A stretch of 63,994 bases of DNA, filler included, from Porpidia crustulata (lineage: Eukaryota): NCBI GenBank assembly GCA_964255105.1. It is 17 parts of 17 records of this genome, joined end to end, with 100 filler letters (N's around TTAATTAATTAA, not from the genome) between each part and the next. Parts side by side here need not be neighbours in the genome. Positions count along the whole stretch, not along the records: positions 60,461 to 63,994 come from CAXUWE010002292.1; 16 more parts are not named here. One strand, 5' to 3'. A model generated the notes under the pieces. That model was given only the letters and a program-made list of their open reading frames with translations, made no database searches and was not told the origin of the DNA. A program made the translations under genes and the position numbers. Positions 61,056-63,994 of the stretch are shown here, one piece after another (positions within the stretch are counted from its first letter, which is position 1; every line of letters begins with the position of its first letter).

Positions 61056-63843
61056 ATGTCAAGGCAAGACAGTGCGTTAGATGATGATACTTTCTCACAA
61101 TGGCTTCTCCGCCCTTGGAGCTTCGCTTCGCGAGATGCTAGCGAGATATCAACTTCTATTTATGCGCCTCTCACGGATGAAAGTGGACACGTATTCGAAG
61201 AGAATGACACTCGACCTCACCAGTGTCGCACAAGTGTCACAGCCCTGCCTCGATACTCGAGCAGTGTTGGCGCGAGCTCGGAAAACTAACTCGCAGCTGG
61301 AGAAGGGGTTGGTGATAATAAGTTAAAGTTGAAGGAATGGATTTTTCGGTCATCCTGAGGTTTATTTACTAATCATCCCCGGTTTTGGTGTAATTAGTAC
61401 TATTATATACTTTTGTCAGTTAATACTTAAAAGATTAATATATTTCTAATTAGAGCATAAGCCGGCAAATGCTTGTAGACAGGAGTCTTCGCTTTATGGC
61501 AGCTTTGACAACAATTTTTGCAATCGTCACGATCGCACTGTGTTGCACTTATATGTCTGATTTTGTAAATCGCAGCAACCGTCAGTCTACGTCGGTTGGG
61601 TCTAGAAACCCTCAGAAATGCAAAAGCGTAGAGAACGCAAGTGTGGTATGTTATGTTTTTCGGAATCACCTCGGCCCTTCTACAGCAAAGGTTGACTTGG
61701 AAACTGAGATGTAGATCATTAACCTCATAATTAATATAGCCGCTATAATGATCTTAGGGATGTCAAATACATATCAACAACTTGTAACGTCGTTCAAAGT
61801 GAACGAGATTCCATGGGTACTTGCATTTTCGAAACACGGCGACTCCAGGGTGGGAACAAACTCACCTATAGCCATCAATTACAAGAGGACAGGGAAAATG
61901 CAAGCCTGGGTTTTCTGGTTGTTTCTATTCTGTACTTCACTGGCGAGTGTCCGTTTTCTCCTTAAAGACAGTTGTCGCGTCTAACGGCCTGTTGTTTAGC
62001 CAGTCCATTTTCTTGCTAATTCCGTCATCGGGCAATCTATCTATCTGGTACCCCAACAGATTATCCGATACGATGCTCTGGATTACCATTCCAGTTTCGG
62101 CCCAGAATTATGGTACAATGAATTTGAAACCACAGGATGCTGGACTGCGTTCAGATCTGGTGCCTATACAGTCAAGGGAGACGATGTGAAGCTCAAACAC
62201 AACTTCGAATACTTTGACTTAACTACAGCTTCGTTCAACATCACCTACTTAACACCACAATGCCTCCAGTATGTGAATACCACCACACTATCGAACTTTT
62301 ATTCGAATCTTTACAGAAACGAGGTCATTCTGGAAGAGGGACCTTCCAGATGGCTTTTCCACGTCGGCGATTGTAAGCTGGGTCGAGATGTAATTTGCAA
62401 ATTGGGCAATCCAGCGGCAGGAGAGTGTCGACTCAACATTCGCATGTCCGCTGCAATCACGCTTGCGGTCTGTTTAACGATCAAGGCGACTTGTATGATC
62501 AGTCTAAACATTAAATCGCGGCGAAAAATCAAGACCAGCGGATTGACCCTTGGCGACGTCATTGCTGCTTTAGCTTTTGACGTCGATCTCCAGATTCGAA
62601 ACGAGTGTCTGCTGAATGCTGACGAAGACATCAGACACGATGTCGAGCACACATGTCACAAGCACTGTAAACAGACGAAGCCCTCAAGAACCGGAGATAG
62701 CGTTGGTCATTGCCAGAAATGTAACAAGTTTGATATAGTCAACAAGGCTTCCGGTTTACCGCACCCTTGCATCGCAATCAAATATAAAAGTCGCTTTTGT
62801 TAAGTCTAGGCTTCACCGCACTATTGCAGATGGCTACGCTCATATTCTGCTCTTTGTGCATGCTAGCAATTTCAATATGGTTGACTGTGCGACTCGGGAC
62901 TGCAGCGCAAGGCTTTCATGAATTTTGCTCCTCTAATTCACCCGCTTCAAATTCTGCTTATCATGATCCTCTAATTACTCACAACCTATGTTCGAAAGGA
63001 CTAGGCAATTAATTGAAGTTTGTATCTGGGTCGTTTGGAGGCTTTAATACGAGTGCTTTGCTCTCAGATTTACCCAGAGATAATCCGAGAAGTGAAATAG
63101 CAGCGTTCGCAGTTTCGAACGGGGCTCAGCTCTTGTTCTCTGCCCTTTATCTCTTACTGATATATAACGTCACGATTATTAGTATTGAACATGACTGGGG
63201 GACGTTCGAGATGCGACGACAGCGTCTTCGTTGCACGATCGTAAAGGGAACCGATTTCGAAGATTCTTATTTTCTTCAATTACCAAAGAAGCAAATTTTT
63301 CCTATTATGACGTTTAGCGCCATCATGCATTGGCTGCTGGGACAATCAATTTCTACGTCAGAAATTATCGTCGCAGATTACACGGATCCAAATCACAGAT
63401 TGGAACACTCTCAATATAGCGTATGTATATGTTCCTTATATAATTGTCAGTCAATTTACAATTTCTGACACAATACCATGTGCAGATTGTCTATGCGACC
63501 TACGCAATATGGCTGTCTACGCTCCTAATGATGGGCATGACCGTAGCCTGCTGATGGACGTTCACGTACCGCCGCGAAGGCTTCATGCCGCAGATGTATG
63601 GCTCAATCCGAGCGTGCTGTGCTGCAACCACCGGGCTGGAAGGATTTTCAGGAAATGGTGTCAAGTGGGGAGATCGTAAGCTTCCAGCCGGCTTATTCCA
63701 TCACAAACAGTTGGCTCACGTTCTGTGCAGTTGGCAAAGGGGAGAGTTTTCGACATGCTGGCTTCTCCGCCTCCAGGGTCAGAAAGATTATACCCGGTGA
63801 ACTTTACGCCAGTCGTGATGCGGTCAGAGAGAAGTTTGATTGA
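61056..63843 (+). pseudogene. DUF6536-like multi-pass membrane protein pseudogene
   Basis: INLIINI...LGMSNTYQQL...LFCTSL|PVHFLANS, SYFLQLP and GSIRACCAAT. Disabled by TAG 61712, a frameshift near 62788, TAA 63010 and TGA 63552. Contains a GC-AG intron at 61943-61999. Confidence 0.75.
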
Positions 63844-63994
63844 TAACGGATCCTTTCGAAATTCGACGTGGAGTGATGGTGCTAGAACGTGAGATGCAGC
63901 GCCCGCAAACGGTAGTACGGACGCAGTCAGTTTAAAGGGGAGGCTAATGAAAAAGGGTCCCACTAACGGCACCTCACATCTCTTTGCATGCAAC

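Noticed and set aside
92..63554. Stop-codon reassignment (alternative genetic code)
   Set aside because: The in-frame stops imply different residues (Tyr, Trp, probably Gln) and use all three codons, while intact genes terminate normally with TAA, TAG and TGA.

Overview
Fungal (filamentous ascomycete, Pezizomycotina; possibly lichen-forming) nuclear DNA. The window is not contiguous. It is 17 unlinked contigs of about 3.65-3.7 kb, sorted by decreasing length and joined by artificial 100-nt linkers (44 N + TTAATTAATTAA + 44 N), so no synteny can be inferred across linkers. Conserved intron-containing genes: ESA1 MYST acetyltransferase, a DMM-1-like JmjC protein, tubulin cofactor B, a Myb protein, a Zn2Cys6 transcription factor, a CorA-like protein, LSC2, seipin, a promethin fragment and an alpha/beta-hydrolase. 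One intron-containing tRNA-Glu(TTC) is present. Accessory and immunity genes: two HET-domain genes, a degenerate NACHT, an F-box/LRR-like gene, a KP4/Ecp2-like secreted protein and a DUF6536-like pseudogene. There are transposon ends at contig edges. The most notable observations are (i) an otherwise intact 715-codon HET gene broken by one TAG exactly at a conserved Trp, in a context compatible with restorative A-to-I editing; (ii) a P-loop-less pseudo-NACHT with an amyloid-like motif and a C-terminal CaaX box; (iii) an NF-X1 RING/zinc finger fused to a multi-pass membrane domain; (iv) a five-hairpin LTR-like end. All family calls are from motif recognition only; no searches were run.
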